A DNA stretch of 62,956 nucleotides, filler included. It is 6 parts of 6 records of this genome, joined end to end, with 100 filler letters (N's around TTAATTAATTAA, not from the genome) between each part and the next. Parts side by side here need not be neighbours in the genome. Positions count along the whole stretch, not along the records: positions 1 to 25,841 come from SRR20825006_2620; 5 more parts are not named here. One strand, given 5' to 3'. The stretch's first letter is position 1. Each line of letters begins with the position of its first letter. The position numbers and the translations under genes are program-made. Positions 8,926 through 18,417 of this stretch are shown piece after piece. The notes below the pieces were generated by a model that was given only the letters and a program-made list of their open reading frames with translations, searched no databases and was not told the DNA's origin.

Positions 8926-11004
8926 TTAGAAGCTTCCCGTCCAACTGATGCGTGCTTTCATGTTGCGGCCCGGGTCAACCACACCGGCAAACACGGTTTG
9001 CACTTCAGTATCAAACAGGTTGTCGACCCCTAGATCAATACGTAAACCCTTAAGCGTTTCCTTCGGCTGCCAGACAAGGAACAGGTCGACCGTCTCGTAA
9101 CCCGGGCGCTCGTCCGCCGCGTCGTTGACCTTGTCAAACCTGGCAGCGACATTGGCACGCGCACCGAAACGGGCGTCAATTTCCGGCACTTTCACTTCAC
9201 CAGAGAGATAAAGCCTGCTGGGCGCCAGCACACCAACATAATCGCCAGTGTCTTTATCCTTGCCGTCTACCGTGCTGTAGGATGCGATCAGGCGTATCCG
9301 CTCGCTGTTGTAGATGCCCTCAAGCTCAAAACCCTCAAGCTCTGCGCGGCCTGTGTTGATGTTGCGGCTGGTGCCTGCGTTACAAGTACCGGGCATGCCG
9401 GGCACGAAACACGGCAGTGAAAACTCAAAATTCACTTCAAGGTCGATGAGGTCTGTCACGTCAGACTTGAAGTAGGCGCCCTTGAGCGTGAAACGGTCAT
9501 CGCCTGCAAAAACCCCGGCAAAGTCCACGCCCGCACCAAACTCCCATGTTTTGGAACGCTCAGGCGCCAGGTCGGCGTTGGGGATAAAGAAGTTGGGCGC
9601 TTCAAGCCCTGGCCCAAGTGGGATGGTGAAGTGCAGGTCGTCTGCAAATATCTCGTTATATGAGGGCGCGCGGAAAGCTTCATTATAGCTGCCGAATACC
9701 ATGAACTCGTCAATCGGCCGCCATGTGGCCGCAACCTTTGGCGATGTTTTGCCTTCAGACGTTTCAACATTCTCGCCCACAGCGGTGTTCTTGAAATTGT
9801 CATACCGGAAGCCGGGAACCAGAATAAATTCACCGATACCGGTGTCTGCCACCAGTTCCCCCTGCACAAAAAGACCAAGGGTTTTGGCTGTGGCGTCCGG
9901 CACACCGCCGCGGCTACCGTCTGTGGTCGCGTTATCGGCGCCAACCTGCTCATCGCGGTAATATTCGCCGCCATACGTGAGCGTGAAACTGGTGTCGGTG
10001 CCGAAGTCAAAACGGCTGCGGTTATCGAAACTGATGCCCACCGTCTCCACATCACGGTTGATCACCCGGTCCGTATCAAGGTCACTTTCTTTCACGTTGG
10101 CTTTGTTCACATAACCGATGAGCGCAAAATTAACGAGGGTGCTTTCCGGGTTGAAGTCTAGCCCGGCGCGGAAGGTATCGCTCTTGATATCTTTCGCCAT
10201 CAGGTCGCCCGTATTGTTGCCAAGGCCGTTGTTCGGCTCAACCGCATCGTTGCGATAGCCAAGCCAGCTGCCGGAAAGCTTCAGCGCGTCGGACGCCTGA
10301 TAGCTCACCTTCGCGATGCCAGAGGCGATGCTGTCATCCGCTTGCAGGTTTGTGCTGTTGCCAAGGGATATATCACCCGAATCGCGCAGGCTAAGGCTTG
10401 CAACCGCATCAATCTTGCCGTCACTGCTGCGGCCAAAAAGCGTGGCACCGCGCAGCCACTCATCGTTCATGCCCTGATAGCCTGCGCTGAGGCGGTACCC
10501 GGCGTCAGCGTCCTCAGGCAGCAGGTCTGCCGCATCAACGGTGTTGAGCGTGATCACACCGCCGATGGCACCCGAACCATAAAGCGACGAACCACCGCCC
10601 CGTACAACCTCGGCTGACTTCAACAGATCAGGCTCGATGAAGAAACGCCCGTCATGGCCGGAGAGGAAACTTTGGCGCACACCGTCAAACAGCACCACAA
10701 CACCTTCGCCCGCCATACCGCGAATGGCTGGTGTTTGCCCGTTGCGGCGCGGACCACCATCAAACACAAGGCCCGGCACGGAAGCAAAGATGTCCGAGAT
10801 GCTGGAAGCTACAAGATCGTCAATCTCATCCCGCGAGACAACACTCACCGATGACGGCACTGAAAAAGCCTCAACAGGGTTTTTGGTAGCGCTGACCGTT
10901 ACTTCGGTAATATCAGCAGCCATTTCCGCCGCTGCCTGATGGGTTGCAAAGACAGAGAGGCCAGCCAGCAAGAGGGCATTTTTTTGTGCGCGGGTCATCA
11001 TCAT
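8926..11004 (-). CDS. TonB-dependent heme/hemoglobin receptor (HemR/HmuR-like)
   Basis: Plug IRG..GVRQSFLSGHDGRFF (plug His), FRAP...H...NADLAPE (FRAP/NPNL), terminal Phe; start at MMMTR after AGGA (track 11043). Confidence 0.88.
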   Translation of the reverse strand: MMMTRAQKNALLLAGLSVFATHQAAAEMAADITEVTVSATKNPVEAFSVPSSVSVVSRDEIDDLVASSISDIFASVPGLVFDGGPRRNGQTPAIRGMAGEGVVVLFDGVRQSFLSGHDGRFFIEPDLLKSAEVVRGGGSSLYGSGAIGGVITLNTVDAADLLPEDADAGYRLSAGYQGMNDEWLRGATLFGRSSDGKIDAVASLSLRDSGDISLGNSTNLQADDSIASGIAKVSYQASDALKLSGSWLGYRNDAVEPNNGLGNNTGDLMAKDIKSDTFRAGLDFNPESTLVNFALIGYVNKANVKESDLDTDRVINRDVETVGISFDNRSRFDFGTDTSFTLTYGGEYYRDEQVGADNATTDGSRGGVPDATAKTLGLFVQGELVADTGIGEFILVPGFRYDNFKNTAVGENVETSEGKTSPKVAATWRPIDEFMVFGSYNEAFRAPSYNEIFADDLHFTIPLGPGLEAPNFFIPNADLAPERSKTWEFGAGVDFAGVFAGDDRFTLKGAYFKSDVTDLIDLEVNFEFSLPCFVPGMPGTCNAGTSRNINTGRAELEGFELEGIYNSERIRLIASYSTVDGKDKDTGDYVGVLAPSRLYLSGEVKVPEIDARFGARANVAARFDKVNDAADERPGYETVDLFLVWQPKETLKGLRIDLGVDNLFDTEVQTVFAGVVDPGRNMKARISWTGSF

Positions 11005-11056
11005 GGGTTCCTGATCCTGAGTTTGTTTGGGTTTGAGGCTCAATGCATCGATAGTT

Positions 11057-11135
11057 GTTGCAATTGATTCTCATTTTTATTATCAGCGTCTTTATGCGAT
11101 TCAGTTTGCTAATGCAAGTAAGAATCATTATTATA
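11057..11135. promoter_or_regulatory. Two Fur-box-like sites in the receptor/DUF6607 divergent region
   Basis: GTTGCAATTGATTCTCATT (11057-11075; reverse complement 13/19 to AATGATAATCATTATCATT) and AGTAAGAATCATTATTATA (11117-11135; 14/19), counted by eye. Confidence 0.6.
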
Positions 11136-11162
11136 ATTGAAACACATTGGCGGGAACCAAAC

Positions 11163-12245
11163 ATGACATCTGTATCTTATCTAAGGCCCCTTAAGGCAGC
11201 AGTGGCACTTGCGGCTGGCCTTCTGCTCGCGGCATGTAACACCACTGGCCAGGGCGGTGGGCAATCTGTTGCACCGATGGCGGCGGCACCAACGATCTCA
11301 GCGGAAAAATTTGAAGCTGACCGCAGGGCTATCCTCGCCATGGTGGGCGACTATAAAGTGACATTCGACTTTCAGGAGACCGTGCCCTTCGTTGCAGGCT
11401 ATTCCCCGAAAGACCGATACGTTACCGGCGCGCACGAGATGGTGCGGGTGATTGAGGACACAGGCAGTTTCATCAGCCTGCAGCACATTCTTGTGGTGGG
11501 TGACGGCAAGGAAATGCCCTTCATGCCCATCAAACACTGGCGGCAGGACTGGCAGTTTGAGCCAACCGAGATCATAGATTTCATTGGCGCCAACACGTGG
11601 CAAAAACGGGAAGTAAGCGCAGCGGAGCGCGCGGGCAAATGGGCACAGGTGGTATATCAGGTTGATGATGCACCACGCTATGCCGCGGTTGCCGCGTGGG
11701 ACCATACCAACGGTATTGCATCCTGGACATCACCGCCAAGCTGGCGCCCGCTGCCCCGCCGTGACGCCACCAAGCGCGACGACTATCACGCAATTATCGC
11801 CAGCAATCGGCACGCCATTACACCAAACGGCTGGGTGCATGAGCAGGATAACGCCAAGCTGATCCTCACGGGCGATGCGCCGCAGGTGCTGGTGCATGAA
11901 ATTGGCGTGAACAGCTATACGCACTTTGATGACTTTGAAACCAAGCTCGGTACCGAATATTGGGAAAAAACCCAAGGATTCTGGCAAGCTATTCGTGACG
12001 AATGGACATCCCTGTTCGCGAATAACGACCGTGTCGGCCTCACAATTCAAGGCGAACCGGCGGAAATGTACATGCAGATCCTTGGTATCGCGACAGACGT
12101 GGAAACAGGAAAATCCACCACCGAAGCCGCGTCGAAGGAAGCGCTCAAGGTGCTGACAGAATATATCACCACCCAGCCGGGCGCTGTTGCCGACCGCCTG
12201 AAAGGCGAAACGGTTGAAGGTGGCGAAGCCTACAGCAGCCGCTAA
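11163..12245 (+). CDS. DUF6607-like exported lipoprotein
   Basis: Lipobox LLLAAC; QHIL, IKHWRQDW, VYQVDDAPRY, PLPRR, GWVHEQDNAK; clear homolog of 56526-57425. Confidence 0.8.
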   Translation: MTSVSYLRPLKAAVALAAGLLLAACNTTGQGGGQSVAPMAAAPTISAEKFEADRRAILAMVGDYKVTFDFQETVPFVAGYSPKDRYVTGAHEMVRVIEDTGSFISLQHILVVGDGKEMPFMPIKHWRQDWQFEPTEIIDFIGANTWQKREVSAAERAGKWAQVVYQVDDAPRYAAVAAWDHTNGIASWTSPPSWRPLPRRDATKRDDYHAIIASNRHAITPNGWVHEQDNAKLILTGDAPQVLVHEIGVNSYTHFDDFETKLGTEYWEKTQGFWQAIRDEWTSLFANNDRVGLTIQGEPAEMYMQILGIATDVETGKSTTEAASKEALKVLTEYITTQPGAVADRLKGETVEGGEAYSSR

Positions 12246-12254
12246 TATACTGAT

Positions 12255-12287
12255 GTACCGGGGAGTTACCCCCTCCCCGGTGCTTTT
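12255..12287 (+). terminator. Probable intrinsic terminator after DUF6607-like gene
   Basis: GTACCGGGGAG-7nt-CTCCCCGGTGC followed by TTTT. Confidence 0.6.
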
Positions 12288-12381
12288 ACGCCCCTTCGCG
12301 CATTGGTGCGGATAAAAGCACCTGCTCGCGGCACGCTGTTTCGCTGGTAATTTGGCGAAATCGGCTGTATAAGCCGCGCCC

Positions 12382-13737
12382 ATGAGCACAAGCACACACA
12401 CATCCAAAGTCGGTTTTGTCTCGCTCGGCTGCCCAAAGGCGCTGGTGGACAGCGAACGCATCCTCACCAAATTGCGGTCTGAGGGCTATGAAATCTCGCC
12501 CGAGTATCACGGCGCGGATGTTGTGGTCGTCAATACCTGCGGCTTTATCGATAGCGCGAAGGAAGAAAGCTTCAACGCCATCAAGGAAGCCATGAACGAG
12601 AACGGCAAGGTGATTGTAACCGGCTGTTTGGGTGTTGATGAAGGGGCCGTGCGCGAGGTGGTGCCCGGCGTTTTGGCCGTAACCGGCCCGCACCAGTATG
12701 AGCAGGTTGTGGGTGAAGTGCACAAAGCCGCGCCCCAGCCCCATGACCCCTATGTGCATCTGGTGCCTGAAGCGGGTCTCCGCCTCACACCGCGCCACTA
12801 TAGCTACCTCAAGATTTCAGAGGGCTGTAACCACCGCTGTAAATTCTGCATTATCCCAAGCCTTCGAGGCGACCTTGTGAGCCGCCCAATCCGCGCCGTT
12901 TTGCGCGAGGCTGAGAAGCTTGTGGAAGCAGGCACGCAGGAACTTCTGGTCATCAGCCAGGACACATCGGCCTACGGCCTTGACCTCAAGCACCAGACGG
13001 AAATGTGGAAGGACCGCGAAGTGCGCGCCCATATGACCGACCTCGCGCGCGAGCTTGGCAATCTGGATGCCTGGGTGCGGCTGCATTATGTGTACCCCTA
13101 CCCGCACGTTGATGACGTGATCCCGCTGATGGCGGAAGGCAAGATTCTGCAGTATCTCGATATCCCGTTCCAGCATGCCAGCCCAAGTGTGCTGCGCGCC
13201 ATGCGCCGCCCAGCCAATGAAGCCAAGGTGCTTGAGCGTATTGAGAAATGGCGCTCCATTGTGCCTGAGATCGTGCTGCGCTCCACCTTCATTGTAGGTT
13301 TCCCTGGTGAAACGGACGCTGACTTTGACTATCTGCTGGACTGGATGCGCGAAGCCAAGCTCGACCGTGTTGGGTGTTTCAAATATGAGCCCGTTGAAGG
13401 TGCCGCCGCCAACGCGCTTGAAAATCCTGTGCCGGAAGAATTGAAGCAGGAACGCTGGGAGCGCTTCATGGAAGTGCAGCAGGCAATTTCGGCAGAAAAG
13501 CTTAAGGACCGTGTTGACCTTGAAATGGCTGTGCTGATTGATGAGGTCACCGAAGACGGTGCCATCGGCCGTACCTATGCTGACGCACCGGAGATTGACG
13601 GGCAGGTCCACCTCAAAGGTGCAACCGAGCTCAGCGAAGGCGACATGGTCATGGCGTTGATCACGGAAAGTGACGACTATGACCTGCACGGCCATGTTGT
13701 TGCTGACGAGCCGGAAGACGACGGCTGGGACTGGTAG
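12382..13737 (+). CDS. rimO: Ribosomal protein S12 methylthiotransferase
   Basis: [43 protein letters not shown]. Confidence 0.96.
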   Translation: MSTSTHTSKVGFVSLGCPKALVDSERILTKLRSEGYEISPEYHGADVVVVNTCGFIDSAKEESFNAIKEAMNENGKVIVTGCLGVDEGAVREVVPGVLAVTGPHQYEQVVGEVHKAAPQPHDPYVHLVPEAGLRLTPRHYSYLKISEGCNHRCKFCIIPSLRGDLVSRPIRAVLREAEKLVEAGTQELLVISQDTSAYGLDLKHQTEMWKDREVRAHMTDLARELGNLDAWVRLHYVYPYPHVDDVIPLMAEGKILQYLDIPFQHASPSVLRAMRRPANEAKVLERIEKWRSIVPEIVLRSTFIVGFPGETDADFDYLLDWMREAKLDRVGCFKYEPVEGAAANALENPVPEELKQERWERFMEVQQAISAEKLKDRVDLEMAVLIDEVTEDGAIGRTYADAPEIDGQVHLKGATELSEGDMVMALITESDDYDLHGHVVADEPEDDGWDW

Positions 13738-13740
13738 TCG

Positions 13741-14112
13741 TTATTCTGCCAGCCCCATCATCCCGGCCCCTGCCACCAGTGAAAACATCAGCCAATGCGG
13801 CAAGCGCAGGAACCGCTGCTTGAAGCGAATGATGACCGTTGCGCTTATGATAGCAAGTAGTGCTGACGCCCCCGTTCCCAGATAAGCGAGGCTAAGAGCG
13901 CTCGCATCCCCTGCTGCCCAGTAAAAGCCCACAGCAACTGCCAAGTAAAGCAGTGTGAAAGCATGCCAACACCCGTAAAGAACCGTCTTGACGGTATCGT
14001 TCAGCTCCGTCGTGGCCAGCATCGGGGCTACGACATGCCGCCCGCCTCTTATGCAGTGCACCAACACCGTGCCAATCACCAAGCTACCGGCTACAATAAA
14101 ATATGTATTCAT
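13741..14112 (-). CDS. Small 4-TM membrane protein (paralog of 17949-18320)
   Basis: H-x3-GGRH, CWH, LP(H/Q)W motifs shared with 17949-18320; start at MNTYF. Confidence 0.7.
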   Translation of the reverse strand: MNTYFIVAGSLVIGTVLVHCIRGGRHVVAPMLATTELNDTVKTVLYGCWHAFTLLYLAVAVGFYWAAGDASALSLAYLGTGASALLAIISATVIIRFKQRFLRLPHWLMFSLVAGAGMMGLAE

Positions 14113-14187
14113 TGGTGTTCTCCTTTTCAGCACCGTAGCCACAAACCCGCCTAGGCACGATCCGCCATAATGTCGCATGAAATATAT

Positions 14188-14220
14188 TTGACATAATCAA
14201 CTATTAACTTGATTATGTCA
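14188..14220. promoter_or_regulatory. Inverted-repeat operator upstream of MarR-GNAT gene
   Basis: TGACATAATCAA-8nt-TTGATTATGTCA perfect 12-bp inverted repeat containing TTGACA. Confidence 0.65.
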
Positions 14221-14237
14221 GTTAAAGGAGCAGCCTG

Positions 14238-15167
14238 ATGCACAACACAGTTCCCAATGACACGGTTTTAGCCATTCGCAGGTTTAATCGCTTTTACACC
14301 AAACAGTTTGGTTTTCTGCAGCGCCGGATGCTTGAGAGCACCTATTCGCTGGTGGAATGTCGGGTGATTTACGAGCTGGCACAGCGGGGCGCCACCACCG
14401 CCAAGGCGATTGCCGCCTATCTTGGGCTGGACGCCGGATATTTGAGCCGCATCATCAAGCGGTTTGAAGATGAGGGCCTGTTGCACAAGGCACGCAGCAA
14501 GGCGGATGGGCGCAGCCGTATGCTGACACTGACCGACAAGGGAACCAAAACCGCAGACGACCTTGCGCACATGGCGAACAGTGATATCGCTGCACGGCTG
14601 GAAGCGCTTGATGCCGATACGGTCAAAGACATCACACAGGCCATGTGCAAGCTCGAAAGTGTTCTGGGGGAGACCGAACAGGACAACAAAACCGCCGTCA
14701 TCCGGTCTCACCGCCCGGGCGATATCGGCTGGGTCATCAAGGCGCACGGCGAAATTTATGACGCTGAATTTAATTTCAACGAGAACTTCGAAGCGCTCGT
14801 CGCCCGCATCGCGGCAGATTTTATCAACAGCTACGACCCCAAGGTCGAACATTGCTGGATCGCGGAAGTGAACGGGGAGAATGTGGGCAGCATCTTCCTT
14901 GTGAAAGACACGGATGAAGTCGCGAAGCTCAGGCTTCTGCTATTGACCCCAAAAGCACGCGGTTTGGGGCTTGGCAAAAAGCTGGTGGACGAGTGCCTCA
15001 ACTTTGCGCGCCGGGCCGGATACAAACGTGTTGAGCTATGGACCAATGCCGCCCTACACACCGCACGGCATATCTATGAAAAGGCCGGCTTCAAGCTTGT
15101 ATCAGAAGATGTGCATGAACATTTCGGGCCACCGCAAACTGGCCAGTATTGGCGACTTGATTTCTAG
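14238..15167 (+). CDS. Bifunctional MarR HTH / GNAT acetyltransferase
   Basis: IRRFNRFYT, LDAGYLSRII, DGRSRMLTLT; AKLRLLLL..ARGLGLGK, LWTN..ARHIY. Confidence 0.9.
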   Translation: MHNTVPNDTVLAIRRFNRFYTKQFGFLQRRMLESTYSLVECRVIYELAQRGATTAKAIAAYLGLDAGYLSRIIKRFEDEGLLHKARSKADGRSRMLTLTDKGTKTADDLAHMANSDIAARLEALDADTVKDITQAMCKLESVLGETEQDNKTAVIRSHRPGDIGWVIKAHGEIYDAEFNFNENFEALVARIAADFINSYDPKVEHCWIAEVNGENVGSIFLVKDTDEVAKLRLLLLTPKARGLGLGKKLVDECLNFARRAGYKRVELWTNAALHTARHIYEKAGFKLVSEDVHEHFGPPQTGQYWRLDF

Positions 15168-15943
15168 TTGTTATCTTGGGTGCGCTGTATAGCGGTAGTG
15201 TCCACCAATTGGTACCGCCCGGTTTTCTCAAGCGCGAGGAAAGTATTGCGAACCTTGTCTCTCAGCGTCACATCCGTCCCCAAACCGCTGGCAAGATAAA
15301 ACCCGGCTTTACCCTCTATGCGCATGGCGGGGCGGGTAATGGCCGGGTCAAAACCCTCTTTGCGGCGCAACCGTGCGTTCACAGCTAGGTCACTGACATA
15401 GATATCGGCCCGGTTCGCAACCACCATACGGAAATCTTCCGTGCGGCTATTAGCCACCACCACGATATTTTCTTTAGGGATGCCGGTCCAACCCAGCAGA
15501 TCACAGGTGAGGTCCCCCGTCACACATGCTGCCTGAAACTGGCCGGAAAGAAGCGTCTCTGGCGACACACTTCTGGGGTCGTCCGCCCGCACAAACAGAT
15601 AGAAGCTGGACGGTGCAAGCGGCACAAGCCAGTCAAATTCTTCCTCACGGTCAGGCGTGCGGGTAATTGTGTAGATAAGAGTGTTTTTTTTGGTTGTCGC
15701 GTAGAACATCGCCCGCGCCCAAGGCACGAGCTTTATGGTATAGGACAGCCCGGCAGCCTCAAGGACCTGATGCACCTTCTCGGTTGCAAGCCCTTCCACA
15801 ACCCCGTCATTTCCCAAGTAATTATAGGGTGGATAGTTCTCTGTGTAGACAACCACATCGTCTGCAGAGGCTGGTGTCACACCAAACCACAAAACAAGCC
15901 CCACCAACCAAACAACCATGCCAGGTCGTGACTTTTTCTTCAC
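15164..15943 (-). CDS. Family-3 type periplasmic substrate-binding protein (orphan)
   Basis: Signal peptide, VYTENYPPYNY, PWARA, RTPDRE. Confidence 0.8.
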   Translation of the reverse strand: MKKKSRPGMVVWLVGLVLWFGVTPASADDVVVYTENYPPYNYLGNDGVVEGLATEKVHQVLEAAGLSYTIKLVPWARAMFYATTKKNTLIYTITRTPDREEEFDWLVPLAPSSFYLFVRADDPRSVSPETLLSGQFQAACVTGDLTCDLLGWTGIPKENIVVVANSRTEDFRMVVANRADIYVSDLAVNARLRRKEGFDPAITRPAMRIEGKAGFYLASGLGTDVTLRDKVRNTFLALEKTGRYQLVDTTAIQRTQDNN

Positions 15944-16142
15944 GCTGTACCCCTGCTACTCAAACCCGCGCACGCGCGAGCTTATCCAACATCTGCCCCG
16001 CTTGATGGTAGCTCAGATATCACGCAAATCAAAAAAGTTAATGTATTTGGCTTATATGCCGTTGTCGGCAATCGCTCTTGAAAACACAATAAGCAAGCTA
16101 TATTCAGAAGATGGCTTCTGCGAGATGAAGCCTATTTAAGCT

Positions 16143-16290
16143 TGTACTCAGGGCAGGGTGAAATTCCCGACCGGCGGTATTTTCCAGAGTTTTGGAAACA
16201 GCCCGCGAGCGCCTATCCTGAAAGCCAGGATAGGGACAGCAGATCCGGTGAGAAACCGGAGCCGACGGTACAGTCCGGATGAGAGAGTGG
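16143..16290 (+). ncRNA. FMN riboswitch (RFN element)
   Basis: TCAGGGCAGGGTGAAATTCCCGACCGGCGGT...AGCCCGCGAGCG...GATCCGGTGAGAAACCGGAGCCGACGGTACAGTCCGGATGAGAGAG upstream of ribB. Confidence 0.95.
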
Positions 16291-16415
16291 AAGCAGCAAA
16301 CCCGCCTCAAAGTCATGAGGTGGCTTGCTCATGTCTGTGGTGGTGCAATTAGTTGGCCCGCCATGGTTCTCTATCAACGCCCTGATTCCTGCTGTTTCAA
16401 AAATGGAGACACACA

Positions 16416-17084
16416 GTGAATCAGACTTCCAAAAACACAACCAACCTAGGCTCGTTTGGCACACCCACTGAGCGGGTTGAGCGTGCCGTCAACCATCTAC
16501 GTGCTGGTGGCGGCGTCCTTGTGATGGATGATGAAACCCGCGAAAACGAAGGCGACATCATCTTCCCGGCCAGCACCATCACCGAAGCACAGATGGCCCT
16601 CCTCATTCGGGAAGGCACAGGCATTGTGTGCCTCGCCATGCCGGATGCACACCTGCAGACACTGGAGTTGCCACAAATGGTCCAAAACAACACGTCCGGC
16701 ATGGGTACAGCCTTCACCGTTTCAATCGAGGCCAAAGAAGGTGTAACCACCGGCGTATCCGCGGCCGACCGCGTGACCACCATCCGAGCTGCGATTGCAC
16801 CGGACACCAAACCCCATGACCTGGCCCGCCCCGGTCATGTGTTCCCGCTTCGGGCACACCCCGGTGGTATCACGGCGCGCGCGGGGCATACTGAGGCGTC
16901 AATCGACCTTGTTGAGCGGGCGGGTCACCCACCTGCGGCCGTCCTGTGCGAATTGACCAATCCTGACGGCACAATGGCGAGACTGCCCGAAATTGTCACC
17001 TTTGCAGAAGTCCACGGCATGCCAGTCGTAACGATTGACGACTTGAAAAGCTATATGGCCAATACTCAGGCACGCGTAGCCTGA
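16416..17084 (+). CDS. ribB: 3,4-dihydroxy-2-butanone-4-phosphate synthase (stand-alone)
   Basis: [39 protein letters not shown] start; downstream of FMN riboswitch. Confidence 0.96.
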   Translation: MNQTSKNTTNLGSFGTPTERVERAVNHLRAGGGVLVMDDETRENEGDIIFPASTITEAQMALLIREGTGIVCLAMPDAHLQTLELPQMVQNNTSGMGTAFTVSIEAKEGVTTGVSAADRVTTIRAAIAPDTKPHDLARPGHVFPLRAHPGGITARAGHTEASIDLVERAGHPPAAVLCELTNPDGTMARLPEIVTFAEVHGMPVVTIDDLKSYMANTQARVA

Positions 17085-17094
17085 AAACGAGGAC

Positions 17095-17841
17095 TTAGTC
17101 CTCCAGCCTTACCATCTGGTAGCGTCCGGCTTTCACGAGTCGGGCGTATGCCTTGCGAACCTTGTCACGCAAGTCTTCTGGCACCTGTGTGCCAGCGGCA
17201 AGATAAAACCCGCCCCGGCTCTCTATGGTCATGGCCGAGCGAACCACATCGGGCTCCAGCCCTGCATTTTTGAGGTGAGCGGCATTGAAGAATTTGTCGT
17301 TGATATAGACATCCGCACGCCCACCCACCACCATATGCGGCAAAGGATACCCATGATTGGGTACCACGATTGTTTTCTCTTTCGGAATTCCGGCCCGCCT
17401 TAAATATTCGCACGACAGGCTATTCGTGAGGCAAACACCGATAAATTCACCCGCTGCCAAGGTTTCTGGCGTAACTGGCCGACTATCGTCCGCACGAACG
17501 TATAGATGAAATTCTGACCGCCCGATCGGTACTAGCCAGTCAAACAGGTCTTCCCGCTCCGGCGTACGCGCAATGGTATAAATGAAGCTGTTTTCTTCCA
17601 GTAGTGCCCGCGCCATCGCACGGGGCCAGGGCACGGCCTTGATCGAATAGTTGATCCCGCTTGCCGCCAACACCTGCCGCACGTTCGCTGTTGCAACACC
17701 ATCGACAGTGCCATTAGGGCCGGTAAAATTATAGGGCGGAAATTCCTCCGTATAGACGACAGCGTCAGCCGCTGCCCCTTTTGCGCCAAACGCAAAACAC
17801 ACATACGTCAGCATGACCAGAAGTTGGTGTAGCCCCCGCAA
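17095..17841 (-). CDS. Family-3 type periplasmic substrate-binding protein (paralog of 15164-15943)
   Basis: VYTEEFPPYNF, PWPRA, RTPERE, FDWLVP, GFYLA, LRDKVR shared with paralog. Confidence 0.8.
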   Translation of the reverse strand: MRGLHQLLVMLTYVCFAFGAKGAAADAVVYTEEFPPYNFTGPNGTVDGVATANVRQVLAASGINYSIKAVPWPRAMARALLEENSFIYTIARTPEREDLFDWLVPIGRSEFHLYVRADDSRPVTPETLAAGEFIGVCLTNSLSCEYLRRAGIPKEKTIVVPNHGYPLPHMVVGGRADVYINDKFFNAAHLKNAGLEPDVVRSAMTIESRGGFYLAAGTQVPEDLRDKVRKAYARLVKAGRYQMVRLED

Positions 17842-17948
17842 ACCCTTCTCCCCAGACTGGTGAACTCAATCCTTACTGAGCCTAGCACAGCCCGCGGGTT
17901 TCCGCGATAGTGTCGTATAACCCCTACCCGGAACAAAGGGCTTCCGCC

Positions 17949-18320
17949 TTATGCTGCGAAACCAAGGCACCCGATAAGTGAGCTTACCAGAAAAAGGGAC
18001 CATTGCGGTAGTTCACGAAAGCTCTGTTTCTTCCATATGATGAGTGCCAGATTCCACAAGCAAAATGACACCGAAAGAGCAGCAGAAAATACCGCCAATT
18101 CAATTGCCTCAGGCGAGATTGCAGCCCACACAAAAGCGCTTGCCATCGCGATCAATGCCAGAGTGACGAGATGCCAGCAATAATAGTTGGTGAATTTGGG
18201 CACCTGATGAATATCCCGCGCCTTCAATAACGGTGCTGCGATATGGCGCCCACCAAACCAGCAGTGGATGCCACAGATCACAAAGGTGGTGATTCCTGCT
18301 GTCATGAAAAAGGTGTTCAT
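17949..18320 (-). CDS. Small 4-TM membrane protein (paralog of 13741-14112)
   Basis: IHCWFGGRH, YYCWH, LPQW. Confidence 0.7.
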   Translation of the reverse strand: MNTFFMTAGITTFVICGIHCWFGGRHIAAPLLKARDIHQVPKFTNYYCWHLVTLALIAMASAFVWAAISPEAIELAVFSAALSVSFCLWNLALIIWKKQSFRELPQWSLFLVSSLIGCLGFAA

Positions 18321-18417
18321 TGCCGTTCCTTCGCATCATTTGATGCCTTGACGGTAGCGAACCTATTCCTGCCCCGCCATGAGGCGCAGTGCCGCAGGCC
18401 CACCTTAGCAGAAACTA

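Noticed and set aside
2979-13737. Two methylthiotransferases as a special radical-SAM cluster
   Set aside because: Ordinary housekeeping mtaB and rimO, 8 kb apart
16104-16464. Short ORFs upstream of ribB
   Set aside because: They overlap the FMN riboswitch; spurious
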